From contig JANNGZ010000009.1 in the NCBI GenBank assembly GCA_031404155.1, positions 1 to 63,668 of the forward strand: a stretch of DNA of 63,668 nt. Reading direction: 5' to 3'. Origin of the DNA: Burkholderiales bacterium (lineage in GTDB: Bacteria; Pseudomonadota; Gammaproteobacteria; Burkholderiales; Burkholderiaceae_C). The position numbers and the translations under genes are program-made. Positions 1-8,943 of this stretch are shown piece by piece; positions within the stretch are counted from its first letter, which is position 1; every line of letters starts with the position of its first letter. The notes under the pieces were generated by a model. The model ran no database searches and had not been told where the DNA came from. It was given only the letters and a program-made list of their open reading frames with translations.

Positions 1-360
1 GCCAACACCGAAGCGCTGGCGATCGGCGTCAAGGAAGGCCTGACGCTGGAGCTGATGGTCGAGGTGATGAAGACCACGATGGCCTGGAACCAGCAGCTCG
101 CGGTGGCGATGCCGAAGAAGGCCTTCATCGGCGACGACAGCCCCGGCTTCATGGTCAAGCTCGCGGCCAAGGACGTGCGTCTGGCGGTGAACGCTGCCAA
201 GGCACTCGGCTTCCAGGCGCTGGTGGGCGAGGGCGCTCTGGCCACGCTCGACCGCGCGGCCGAGAAGGGCTATGCCGAGCGCGACACCGCGGCACTGATG
301 AAGATCCGCGAGGACGAGCTGGGCATCAAGGTCAGGCCGCAGGCTCCGAGGTCAGCATGA
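1..360 (+). CDS. beta-hydroxyacid (3-hydroxyisobutyrate-type) dehydrogenase family, C-terminal fragment (5' end outside window)
   Basis: Frame 1 is open from nt 1 to the TGA at 358-360. The translation (..FMVKLAAKDVRLAVNAAKALGF..LDRAAEKGYAERDTAALMK..) resembles the helical C-terminal domain of HIBADH/6PGDH-like enzymes. Confidence 0.55.
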   Translation, partial: ANTEALAIGVKEGLTLELMVEVMKTTMAWNQQLAVAMPKKAFIGDDSPGFMVKLAAKDVRLAVNAAKALGFQALVGEGALATLDRAAEKGYAERDTAALMKIREDELGIKVRPQAPRSA

Positions 361-471
361 GCGGGCCGAGCGCGGGGCCGCTCCCAAGCCGGCCCGCGTC
401 CCCAAGGCCACGAAGTGGCCCGTTCCGTGCCGTGGGGACCGACCGACGTACCCGTCGGGCGAGGGGCTGAC
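361..471. repeat. G+C-rich intercistronic junction element (REP-like), copy a
   Basis: It starts directly after the TGA at 358-360 (TGAGCGGGCCGAGCGCGGGGCCGCTCCCAAG..) and ends in a G-rich SD-like tract before the ATG at 472. The 5' core is shared with the elements at 1092, 19911 and 37121. It contains an 8-bp stem (361-368 / 390-397). Confidence 0.5.
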
Positions 472-768
472 ATGCCGCCTGCCTACGTCATCAACGACAT
501 GGAGGTCACCGACCCGGCGACCTTCGACGAGTACCGCAAGCTCTCGCCGCCGACCGTGGCGTTGTATGGCGGGCGCTTTCTCGCGCGCGGCGGCGCAACG
601 CGCACGCTGGAAGGCGGCTGGTCGCCCAAGCGCCTCGTGATCCTCGAGTTTCCGAGCGTCGAGCGGGCGCAGGCCTGGATCGACTCGCCCGAATACGCGC
701 CGGCGCGGCTGTTGCGCCAGGCTTCGACGCGTTCGAACCTGATCGTTACCGAAGGAGTCTCCACATGA
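472..768 (+). CDS. DUF1330-family small protein
   Basis: MPPAYVINDMEVTDPATFDEYRK..GGRFLARGG...LEG.W.P.R.VILEFPS.E.A..W..S.EY matches the typical DUF1330 pattern. I chose the internal ATG at 472 of ORF 415-768 because upstream is repeat-element sequence. The stop overlaps the next gene's start (ATGA). Confidence 0.7.
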   Translation: MPPAYVINDMEVTDPATFDEYRKLSPPTVALYGGRFLARGGATRTLEGGWSPKRLVILEFPSVERAQAWIDSPEYAPARLLRQASTRSNLIVTEGVST

Positions 769-1091
769 AGACGCATACCAAGCGCCTCGGCCTCGTGAAG
801 AAGCGCGAGGACATGACGCACGAGCAGTTCACCAAGCACTGGCTCGGCGTGCACGCCGGGCTGTGCGCCAAGCTGCCAGGCCTGAAGCGTTACTCGGTCA
901 ACCTGGTCGACAAGCAGCGTTTCCCGAAGTTCGGCTACGACGGCTTCTCCGAACTGTGGTACGACGACGAGCAGGCGCTATGGGCCTCGCTGGAAAGCCC
1001 CGAGGGCAAGACGCTGCTGGCGGACCTGCCGAACTTCGCGGGCTCGATCGAGCCGATCATCTCCGTCGAAACTCCGGTGATCTGGCCATGA
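765..1091 (+). CDS. EthD-domain protein
   Basis: 108 aa. HEQFTKHWLGVHAGL..LPGLKRYSVN...FDGFSELWYDDEQAL is the typical EthD pattern. Confidence 0.7.
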   Translation: MKTHTKRLGLVKKREDMTHEQFTKHWLGVHAGLCAKLPGLKRYSVNLVDKQRFPKFGYDGFSELWYDDEQALWASLESPEGKTLLADLPNFAGSIEPIISVETPVIWP

Positions 1092-1188
1092 GCGCCGCAC
1101 GGCCTCTCCGAAGGCGATTGCTCCCCAGCAGCCACGAAGGGGCTCCTTCGGCGCCCTGGGGGACGGCCCGTAGGGCCAAGGGGGTCGC
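1092..1188. repeat. G+C-rich intercistronic junction element (REP-like), copy b
   Basis: It begins at the EthD stop (TGAGCGCCGCACGGCCTCTCCGAAGGCGA..), closely resembling copy 3 of the tssK-tssL repeat (TGAGCCCGCACGGCCGCCCGAAGGGCGA..). It has a 6-bp hairpin (CGAAGG-ggct-CCTTCG, 1135-1150) and ends in GGGGG before the ATG at 1189. Confidence 0.5.
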
Positions 1189-1956
1189 ATGAACCAACTA
1201 CAAGGCAAGGTGGCCATCGTCACCGGCGCTGCGGGCGGCTTCGGCGAGGGCATCGCACGGCTGTTCGTTGCCGAAGGCGCTCGGGTGCTGATCGCCGACC
1301 TCGACGGCGACAAGGCTCAGACCGTGGCCGCATCGCTCGGCGCTGCCAACGCGCGCGCGGTGCGCTGCGACGTCTCCAAGCGTGCCGACATCGACGCCGC
1401 GGTGAAGGCCTGCGTCGATGCCTTCGGCGCACCCGACATCGTGGTCAACAACGCCGGCACCACGCACAAGAACCAGCCGATGCTGGAAGTTGACGAGGCG
1501 ACCTTCGACCGCGTGTTCGCGGTCAACGTCAAGTCGATCTACCACATGACGCAGGCCGTGCTGCCGCTGATGCGCGAGCGCCGAAGTGGCAAAAGCGCAG
1601 GCTCGATCATCAACATCGGCTCGACCGCCGGCATCCGGCCGCGGCCGGGCCTGAGTTGGTACAACGCCAGCAAGGGCGCAGTCAACATCTTGTCCAAATC
1701 GATGGCCGCCGAACTCGGCCCGGACAACATCCGCGTCAATGTGGTGTGTCCGGTGATGGGCGCGACCGGCCTTATCGAACAGTTCCTCGGCACGGCCGAC
1801 ACGCCCGAAGCGCGCGCGAAGATCGTCGCCGGCATCCCGCTGGGCCGCATGTCCACGCCTGAGGACGTGGCTCAGGCGACGCTCTACCTTGCCAGCGACG
1901 CGGCGCGCTTCATCACCGGCGTCGAGTTGCCGGTCGATGGTGGCCGCACGATCTAG
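1189..1956 (+). CDS. short-chain dehydrogenase/reductase (SDR, FabG-like)
   Basis: TGAAGGFG cofactor motif, NNAG, and the S...YNASK catalytic motif. 255 aa. Confidence 0.9.
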   Translation: MNQLQGKVAIVTGAAGGFGEGIARLFVAEGARVLIADLDGDKAQTVAASLGAANARAVRCDVSKRADIDAAVKACVDAFGAPDIVVNNAGTTHKNQPMLEVDEATFDRVFAVNVKSIYHMTQAVLPLMRERRSGKSAGSIINIGSTAGIRPRPGLSWYNASKGAVNILSKSMAAELGPDNIRVNVVCPVMGATGLIEQFLGTADTPEARAKIVAGIPLGRMSTPEDVAQATLYLASDAARFITGVELPVDGGRTI

Positions 1957-2272
1957 CTTCCACGGGCATTGCACGCTTTGAGCTGCGGCGAATCTGCAAC
2001 GGTGGCGAGCCCGTCGGCCGAGCCGGCACCCTCTCTTGGTGAGAAGCAAGACCGCCGGCCAGCTCCCAGGCGGGTGTCCGAACGGCACCCATTGGTGCTG
2101 CGCGCGAATCAGCGCTCGACGATCGCCTCGCGGTCAGCGCCGGGGAGCGATGCCGTGGCCGAGTTGTTCAGCGGAGCTCCCGCCCAAGCGTTCGGGCCGC
2201 ACAGCCGCGTAAGGGAGTGCTCGGGCGGCGCACGGTTCGAAGTGATCCGGCACGGCTATCGCAAGCTGCCGA

Positions 2273-2845
2273 TCACCGGGTCGTGACGATGGTCACGCGA
2301 CGATTCTCGGGTGCGTCGACGCGTTGGGTGTCCAGCAGTTCGCTGGAACCCTTGCCGACCGCAACCAGCCGTTCGGACAGGATGCCGCGCGCACTGACGA
2401 GGTAGTCCACGACCGCTTTGGCGCGCTGCTCGGACAGCGTCATGTTTCGCTCTGCCGCGCCTCGTGGATCGGCGTGGCCCTCGACGCGGAACGCGAAGCC
2501 CGCCAGCGTGTCCGATTGCAAAGCCCGGGCCACGGTGTCCAGGATCTTGATGCTGTCGTCGGTCAGCGTCGCGGAGTCGGTGAGGAAGGTGACCATCAGG
2601 TTCGCCTTTCCGGGGCCGGGCGCCCGGGCCGGATTGCCTTGGGCCGAGGTCGCCGGGCGGAAACCCCGCGTCTGGCCACCTTCGGCGGCCTGAGGTGCTT
2701 CGATCGCCAGCATGTCGACCAAGGTGTCCTCGGTGACCTGCGCGCCCTTCAGCACTTTGGCGGGCTGGGCCCATGCAGCCGAGGCCGGAAGTAGCAAAGT
2801 GGCCAGCAGGGCGGCCAGCCGGATGAATTGCGTCAAGGTCGACAT
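2273..2845 (-). CDS. secreted OmpA-like (peptidoglycan-binding) domain protein
   Basis: I chose the internal ATG at 2845 (MSTLTQFIRLAALLATLLLPASAAWA|QP, a signal peptide). The C-terminus (FRVEGHADPRG..NM.LS..RA.AV..YL......RL...G.G...........NRRV) is a classic OmpA_C-like fold. It lies 53 bp downstream of the TpsA gene on the same strand. Confidence 0.8.
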   Translation of the reverse strand: MSTLTQFIRLAALLATLLLPASAAWAQPAKVLKGAQVTEDTLVDMLAIEAPQAAEGGQTRGFRPATSAQGNPARAPGPGKANLMVTFLTDSATLTDDSIKILDTVARALQSDTLAGFAFRVEGHADPRGAAERNMTLSEQRAKAVVDYLVSARGILSERLVAVGKGSSELLDTQRVDAPENRRVTIVTTR

Positions 2846-2898
2846 CGTGTCTCTCCGCCGGTTGGGCTGTTGAAAGTAGTAGGGTGGTAACGCAGGCG

Positions 2899-5800
2899 TC
2901 AAGGCGCAAGCCCCTCGAGCCGGCGTTGCTCGAACAGGTAGTCGGACCCGGCTTCGTGGCGTGCGAGTCGGGCCGCGCCATATCGCGGGCGTTGCGGCAA
3001 CTCCCGCGCCACCGCGAACCGCACCTGTTCGAACACATTGCCGCCCGGGCGCCAAGTCGTCACCTTCTCGAGCGACCGCATCAGGTTCCAGGCAAAGGAC
3101 GAGTGGCCGTTCTTGCCGGCATCGGCGACCGGCTCGTTGCCGCCGGAGGACATCACGACCGCGGCGCGCCGGTTGAGCAGGACGCTCGGGTCGATCGTCT
3201 GCCCGAGGGCCCGGATGCGTTCGTCGGAGGCCAAGCTGCCCGAGAAGCAACTGTCGGAGATCAGGGCCACCTGGCTGGCGCCCATCTGGCCGAGCAACTT
3301 GCCGATGTCGTCGTTGGAGATCCAGGTCTGCGGCCGGGTTGCGTCGGCATTGGAGGGCTGCCAGTAGCCGAGCCCGGTCTTCTCCACCAACTCGCCGTGG
3401 CCGGCGTAATAGACCACCACCGAATCGTTGGGCTTGACCTGCACGGCCAGCCGATTGAGCGTGGCCAGGATCATCTCGCGCGTGCCGTCGCGGATGACCA
3501 GGGTTTCATATCCGAGTTCGTCGCCAAGGACCTTGGCGATGGCCTGGGCGTCCGCGCGCGCGTTGTCCAGCTTGGGAATACGCTTGTCTTCGAAGTTGTC
3601 GTTGCCAATGACGACGGCGATCTTGCGCTGGATTTGTGGCAGCGACGCTTGGCGCACGATGCGCTGGGACGGCAGGCTGACGACGACGGCGGGCGGGGCA
3701 GCCGCCGCGGTTGCTGTCCGTGCGGCAGCGGGTGCGGCAGCCGGCGCTGCAGGTGTCGGGGGCGCTGTCGCGGTCGCGGCCGTTGCGGGCGGTGGCGCGG
3801 CCGGCGCGGTGGTCGAGGCCACGGCGGCTGGCTTCGGCGCAGCCGAGGGCGACTCGATGGTCGCGGCTGCGGCGATCTGGGCCTTGAGTTCCTCGGTCAC
3901 GAGGCAGGTGCCGGTGTCGAGCTGCTCGACGGAGAGACACGCGGGCGCATCGGCCAGCGTCGGGTCGTTCTCGAGCAAGCGCACGGCTTCGCCGAAGAGC
4001 GACTTCTTGAACTTCCCGCGCGCGACGAGCAGGGTGGTCAGCTCTTCCAGCGACAGGTTGCCGACGTCCAGGCTTCCGAATGCGATCCTCCCGCCAGCCG
4101 GCTCGACGCTTATCGCCTGCAAGACGTCGAGGGTACGGCCGTCGGCGGGTGTGCTGAACCGCGCCGGCGGCAATACCGGCAGCTCGGTGAGGTCGGGCAG
4201 GATCGCTCGCGGTGACGCTGCGATCACCAGCGCCGTCGCATTGCCCGGGGCCTGCGCGAACGTGTAGTTCGCCGCTGTCAGCCCGGAGCCGGTCAGCGCA
4301 TAACTGCCCGGCAATTTCGGGTCCGCGGGCGTCAGCACGACAGGTGTTCCGCGGGTCGCGGTCGCCAGCGTGTCCGACCCGACGAGGCCCGTCACGTCGA
4401 CGCTCAAACCGGTCAGCGGTTGCCCCTCGAAGACGGTGACCGGCTTGGCCACATAGGTCAGCGTGGCTGGTGTGACCGAAGCCAGCGCGGTCGTGACCGG
4501 TTGAACCAGGCGGTAGTTCGCGCCGTCGCTGCCGCCCAGCGCCGTTGCGGTCGCGGTGACGGTTTTGACTTGCCCGACGTTCGGGTCTGCAAAGACACCC
4601 GAGCCGGATGCCACCGACACCTGATCTCCGGCGATGGCGCCGGACAAGGTCCAGCCGGTGACGGTTGCCGCCGCGCTGGCGTCGTAGATCTTGTCCGCGG
4701 CGGTCGCGGCCGTCACAGAAATGTCCCGCTGCGTGATGTTGGCGGTGGTGACCGTGCCGCCGCGCAGCGCGTAGTTGCCGGCCAGGCCGCCGTTGGTACC
4801 GTTGCCCAGGCCAGCGGTGATGTTCACGGTTTTGCCGGTGCCGGCGTTCTTGTTCTCGAACTGGGCACTGGGGCTGAAGGCCAGGCTTTCGGAGCCGACC
4901 AGGCCGGTGAGCGTGCCGCTGCCCACAAGCATGGCTGTGGTGTTGCCGTCATAGACCTTGTGGGCCGCGCTCACGCCGCTGAGCGTGAGCGGCCTGGGCG
5001 TGATGGCGGCCGTGGCGGTGACCACGCCGCTGCCGGGCAGCGCGTAGTTGGCCGCCAGGCCGCCGTTGGCGCCGTCCGCCAGCGCGACGGTGCCGGTGAC
5101 GGTCTTGCCCGTACCGGCGTCCTTGGTGTCGAACTGGCCGCTGGGGCTGAAGGTCAGGCGCTCGGAGCCGACCAGGCCGAAGAGCGTTCCGGTCAGCGTG
5201 GCCACGTTGTTGCCGTCGTAGACCTTGTCGGCCGCACTCACGCCACTTAGTGTGAGCGGCTTGCGCGTGATGTCGGCGGTGGTGGTGGCCGAGCCGCTGG
5301 CCAGCGCGTAGTTGGCAGCCAGGCCGCCGTTGGCGCCGTTGGCCAGCGCTCCCGCGAGGTAGACGGTCTTGCCGGTGCCGGCGTCCTTGGTGTCGAACTG
5401 GCCGGTGGGTATGAACGTCAAGCTCTCGGAGCCGACCAGGCCGCTGAGCGCGCCGCTGCCCAAGAGCGTGGCGGTGGTCGTGCCGTCATAGACCTTGCTG
5501 GCCGCACTCACGCCGCCGAGCGTGAGCGCCTGGGGGGTGACGTCGCCGATGACGTCAAAACCCGCCACGGTGTAGCCGTACGTGGTCTTGCCGTCCGCAT
5601 CGACGATCGAAGGCAGGCCGCCGAATCCGCTCACCGTGATCGACTTGGAGCGGCCGACGTTCTTGTCGGCGTAGCTCAAGGCGCTGTAGGTCAAGCTGCC
5701 GCTGGCGCGGTCGCTGTCGACGAGCCCGGTGAGTTGCAGCGACGCGCTTGTGGGCAGGACGGCCGTGTTGCCGTCGTATGTCTTGGTGATGGCTGCCCCG

Positions 5801-8800
5801 TTGACAACCGTCAGGGTGGGAGCCAAACCGAACAGCAGGCCGTTGCCGCTGCCGGCGGGGACCGCGGAGCCGTACAAGGCGTTGTACTGACGGAAATCGT
5901 GCACCAGACCGCCGGCATCGATCGAGCTGGGCCGGTCCGCATAGATCAGCCAGCGGCCATTCGGAGCGAACAGCGCGGTCGTGTTGGCCGAGTTGCCGAA
6001 GAAGTGGGTGTTCGGATTGCTGTTGCCGGCCACCGTGATGGCATCGCCGGTCGCGGAACCGGTCACGCGGCCACCGTAGATTTTCAGATCGTCGGCAAGC
6101 AGTTGGATCGGCGCGGAGATGTTGCTGATGCGGGGGAAGTCCTCACAGCCGCAACCGATCTGGATACTCGAGCTTTGAAGCCTCAGTGCAGCCGGGCCGG
6201 TGAAGCTCAGGTTGGAGGATCCCGTCACCCTGAGGGTCCCGGTGCCGCCGATGAAGGCTAGATTGGGCGAGCCTGCAATGGCGGCGCCGTCGATTCGGAT
6301 GTCGGCCGAAGCGATGTCAAGCCGGGTGGCGCCCCACGGGTTGCCGCTCCTGGGGGTCAGGATGCTGGTCAGCGATGTTCCCTCGCCATCGAAGTAGTCG
6401 AACAGCCCCACCGTGCCGTCCGGCGACCGGATCAGCAGGTTGCGCGCCCTGGAGGCATCGATCATCGAGGCCTGGCTGTAAACACCATAGTGGTAGCCGT
6501 TGTTGCTGGTGTTGTTGCCCAGAATCGTCAGGTCGGCGCCGTTCTTGGCGGTGATGCGCGAGAAGGGGTCGAGGTAAACGCCCGCGCGGTCCCTGTAGGT
6601 CGGCGCATCGGGTACCCGATCGTTCACCGTCCCGATCAGGGAGAGAGCCGGGTTGGACGAGTCGGCCGCGATGAGCGTGACCCCGCCATCGATCCGGGTT
6701 CCCGCCACCGAGCTGTTGGCGTGAAAGACGGGCGATATCGCCGTGCCCTCGACTGCCAGCGGCCCGGTCGAGGTCAGGTTGCCGCTGATCGAAACGCCGG
6801 TGCGGTTGGTGAAGTTCGCCGTTCCGATCACCGCTGAGCCGGCCGAATTTACCCAGCCTTTGATGTCCACGGCGGCGGCGGTGATCGTGCTGCCCGGCGA
6901 GACGCGAATCCCGTAGGCGTCGCTGTCGACGGCCGCGCTCGCGCCGCGCATCGTCAACGAACCCGAACCTGCGGCCAGCACGGATCCCACGATGCTGATC
7001 GCGGTACCGCGTGCATAGTTTGACCCCGGGTCGTTGTAGCCGACAGCGCCGGTGAAGGGCGAAGTCGCGGTCGGACCCACCAACTGCGTCAGGCCGCCCA
7101 GGTTGATGTTGCCGCCGGCGCTGGTGATCGTGGAGTTGTCGACGACGATCGTGCCGGCGCCTGCGGCGGCGGCGCGCAGATTCACGGCCAATGGTGAGCC
7201 GGCGCTGGAGATGGTCGAGTCGACGACGTCGATGTTCCGGCTCGCGGTCAGCGTCAGGCTCACCGGCGAGGAGGGCGCGACACTGAGGGTCGCCTGGCTC
7301 ATCGTGATGTCGCCGGCTTGGCTGCTCGGCGACGCCGAGCCGGTGGTGACCGTCACGTTGTTGCCGGCGTTCAGCGCCGAGACGATGCTGCTGCTGAGCA
7401 GGACGGCACCGTTCCCGGTCGTCCTGAAGTCCGGCCCGCCGGTGATGTTGGATTCGGGCGCGGCACTGTCGGTGATGAGGATGTTGTTCGGGTCCAGCAG
7501 CCAGGTTCCCGCGCGGCCCCTGGGTGCATCGGTGCGCACCGACGCCGGTTGGGCGTCGAGCCAGCCGCCCGAGGTCTCGATGAAGCCGCCGTTGCCGCCT
7601 CCGGGGCCGCCGCGGGCACTGAGGCTGCCGAACGCCCGCGTCGCCTGGTCGCTCCACAGGACGATTCGCCCACCGTCACCCAGCCCGGTGGCGTCGGCGC
7701 CGATGCTCGCCCCGGCCCCCATGTAAACCGCTTGCGCATTGGGTACCCCGGCGTCACGCCCCTGCACGCCGCCGCCGACCAGCACCTCGCCGCCGCCCTG
7801 AAGCCCCGAGGCGTCGACCACGGCACCGTCGACCATTCCGACCTGACGCCCGAGCAGCTTCACCGCGCCGCCCTGTGTTGCCTGGCCCACGGCTTCAACC
7901 CGGCCAGCGTGCATCGCCGTACCGCCGCCGGCGTCGAGCGTCACCTGGCCGCCTGCGCCGCCATTGGCGCTGGTCAAGCTGCCTGCTCCGGTGTTCAAGG
8001 ATTCACTGGCACGCAGCACCACCTGGCCGGCGGCGCCAGCGATCGAATCGGCACGCACGATCCCTTGCTGGTTGACGATCGCCGCGCTCAGGTCGACGAA
8101 GCCACCGCCGGCCGACAGGCTGCCCAGGTTCAGCGCCTGCCCCTGCGGCGCCTGCACGCGCACGGCCAGGTTGGGCAGGCCGGAGTCGACCAAATCCACA
8201 CTGTGACCGGCAGCGAGCACCACCTGCCCGCCGGGCGCCTCGACGAGGCCTTCATTGCGCACACCACCCGCACCACCGAGCAACAGAACCCGGCCGCCGG
8301 TCGTGGAGCGAAGCTCGCCCTGGTTGACCACTTCGGCGTGGCTGGCGCCAGGCAGGGTGCTGGACGACAGGCTCAGGCGCTGCGCCTGCCAGTTGGCGTT
8401 GCTGATGCTCAGCGTTGAGGTCACCAGCCCCGCCACATCGACGCGGGCGTCGCGTCCGAACAGGACACCGTTCGGGTTGAGCAACCACACCTTGCCGTTG
8501 CTGCTGATGCTGCCAAAGATGTTCGACGGGTCGTTGCCCACAACGCGGTTGAGCACCTGGCTCGTGGCGCTGGGCTGCTCGAAACGCACCGCATTGCCCG
8601 CGCCCACGGAGAAGGTCTGCCAGTTCAGCAACGCGTTGGCGCTGTTGGTCACCGTCATGCGGCTGCCGGTGACAGCCACGGAAGCTTGCCCCTGCACCAC
8701 GTTCAGACCGCTGGGCAGCGCTTGCGCGCGCACGTCCGCGGCGCCATACCGCAGCGCCAGCGGCGTGCCCATCGTGAGGGCCAGGGCCAGCGCCATCGGT

Positions 8801-8886
8801 TGAAGCCGGAAGCGGCGATGCGCACGGCGTGACGGCCCGACGCTCGCGGCTCTGGCCGTGCGGTGGCTGGTTGCAGTCTTGCTCAT
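2899..8886 (-). CDS. two-partner-secretion exoprotein (TpsA, filamentous-hemagglutinin family) with C-terminal caspase-like (peptidase C14) domain
   Basis: 1995 aa. Extended signal peptide, then a TPS domain (GLNVVQGQA..NWQTFSVG....V.F.QP......LNRVVG..PS.I.G.....G.VWLLNPNGVLFG). This is followed by long G/S/A/T-rich beta-helix sequence, about 90-aa KVYDG.. (YDG/MBG-type) repeats and an Ala/Pro-rich linker. The last 241 aa contain VVVYYAGHG (His codon 3397-3399) and ALISDSCFSG (Cys codon 3247-3249). Confidence 0.9.
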   Translation of the reverse strand: MSKTATSHRTARAASVGPSRRAHRRFRLQPMALALALTMGTPLALRYGAADVRAQALPSGLNVVQGQASVAVTGSRMTVTNSANALLNWQTFSVGAGNAVRFEQPSATSQVLNRVVGNDPSNIFGSISSNGKVWLLNPNGVLFGRDARVDVAGLVTSTLSISNANWQAQRLSLSSSTLPGASHAEVVNQGELRSTTGGRVLLLGGAGGVRNEGLVEAPGGQVVLAAGHSVDLVDSGLPNLAVRVQAPQGQALNLGSLSAGGGFVDLSAAIVNQQGIVRADSIAGAAGQVVLRASESLNTGAGSLTSANGGAGGQVTLDAGGGTAMHAGRVEAVGQATQGGAVKLLGRQVGMVDGAVVDASGLQGGGEVLVGGGVQGRDAGVPNAQAVYMGAGASIGADATGLGDGGRIVLWSDQATRAFGSLSARGGPGGGNGGFIETSGGWLDAQPASVRTDAPRGRAGTWLLDPNNILITDSAAPESNITGGPDFRTTGNGAVLLSSSIVSALNAGNNVTVTTGSASPSSQAGDITMSQATLSVAPSSPVSLTLTASRNIDVVDSTISSAGSPLAVNLRAAAAGAGTIVVDNSTITSAGGNINLGGLTQLVGPTATSPFTGAVGYNDPGSNYARGTAISIVGSVLAAGSGSLTMRGASAAVDSDAYGIRVSPGSTITAAAVDIKGWVNSAGSAVIGTANFTNRTGVSISGNLTSTGPLAVEGTAISPVFHANSSVAGTRIDGGVTLIAADSSNPALSLIGTVNDRVPDAPTYRDRAGVYLDPFSRITAKNGADLTILGNNTSNNGYHYGVYSQASMIDASRARNLLIRSPDGTVGLFDYFDGEGTSLTSILTPRSGNPWGATRLDIASADIRIDGAAIAGSPNLAFIGGTGTLRVTGSSNLSFTGPAALRLQSSSIQIGCGCEDFPRISNISAPIQLLADDLKIYGGRVTGSATGDAITVAGNSNPNTHFFGNSANTTALFAPNGRWLIYADRPSSIDAGGLVHDFRQYNALYGSAVPAGSGNGLLFGLAPTLTVVNGAAITKTYDGNTAVLPTSASLQLTGLVDSDRASGSLTYSALSYADKNVGRSKSITVSGFGGLPSIVDADGKTTYGYTVAGFDVIGDVTPQALTLGGVSAASKVYDGTTTATLLGSGALSGLVGSESLTFIPTGQFDTKDAGTGKTVYLAGALANGANGGLAANYALASGSATTTADITRKPLTLSGVSAADKVYDGNNVATLTGTLFGLVGSERLTFSPSGQFDTKDAGTGKTVTGTVALADGANGGLAANYALPGSGVVTATAAITPRPLTLSGVSAAHKVYDGNTTAMLVGSGTLTGLVGSESLAFSPSAQFENKNAGTGKTVNITAGLGNGTNGGLAGNYALRGGTVTTANITQRDISVTAATAADKIYDASAAATVTGWTLSGAIAGDQVSVASGSGVFADPNVGQVKTVTATATALGGSDGANYRLVQPVTTALASVTPATLTYVAKPVTVFEGQPLTGLSVDVTGLVGSDTLATATRGTPVVLTPADPKLPGSYALTGSGLTAANYTFAQAPGNATALVIAASPRAILPDLTELPVLPPARFSTPADGRTLDVLQAISVEPAGGRIAFGSLDVGNLSLEELTTLLVARGKFKKSLFGEAVRLLENDPTLADAPACLSVEQLDTGTCLVTEELKAQIAAAATIESPSAAPKPAAVASTTAPAAPPPATAATATAPPTPAAPAAAPAAARTATAAAAPPAVVVSLPSQRIVRQASLPQIQRKIAVVIGNDNFEDKRIPKLDNARADAQAIAKVLGDELGYETLVIRDGTREMILATLNRLAVQVKPNDSVVVYYAGHGELVEKTGLGYWQPSNADATRPQTWISNDDIGKLLGQMGASQVALISDSCFSGSLASDERIRALGQTIDPSVLLNRRAAVVMSSGGNEPVADAGKNGHSSFAWNLMRSLEKVTTWRPGGNVFEQVRFAVARELPQRPRYGAARLARHEAGSDYLFEQRRLEGLAP
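4600..5560. repeat. in-frame tandem repeats (period 267-270 bp, at least 4 copies) inside the TpsA gene
   Basis: The landmark (T/C)AGA(C/T)CTTG recurs at 4685, 4952, 5219 and 5489. The encoded units are KVYDG(T/N)..ATL.G...GLVGSE.L(T/A)F.P.GQFDTKDAGTGKTV......GANGGLAANYAL. Boundaries are approximate. Confidence 0.7.
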
Positions 8887-8943
8887 GATGGACCCTTAGA
8901 TGTCAGGCCGGCGCGGTGCTACGTGCGACGCCAGGGCGGTGGA

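Noticed and set aside
415-471. Upstream extension of the DUF1330 ORF (track start 415), and similar long N-terminal extensions of ORFs at 16425, 23494-24987, 26796-27968, 37233, 44804-46096, 51995-53221, 57900, 60473 and 61455
   Set aside because: The extensions run through repeat elements or neighbouring genes and translate to Arg/Pro-rich sequence. Internal starts give canonical family N-termini, signal peptides, or ATGA/GTGA coupling with the upstream stop.
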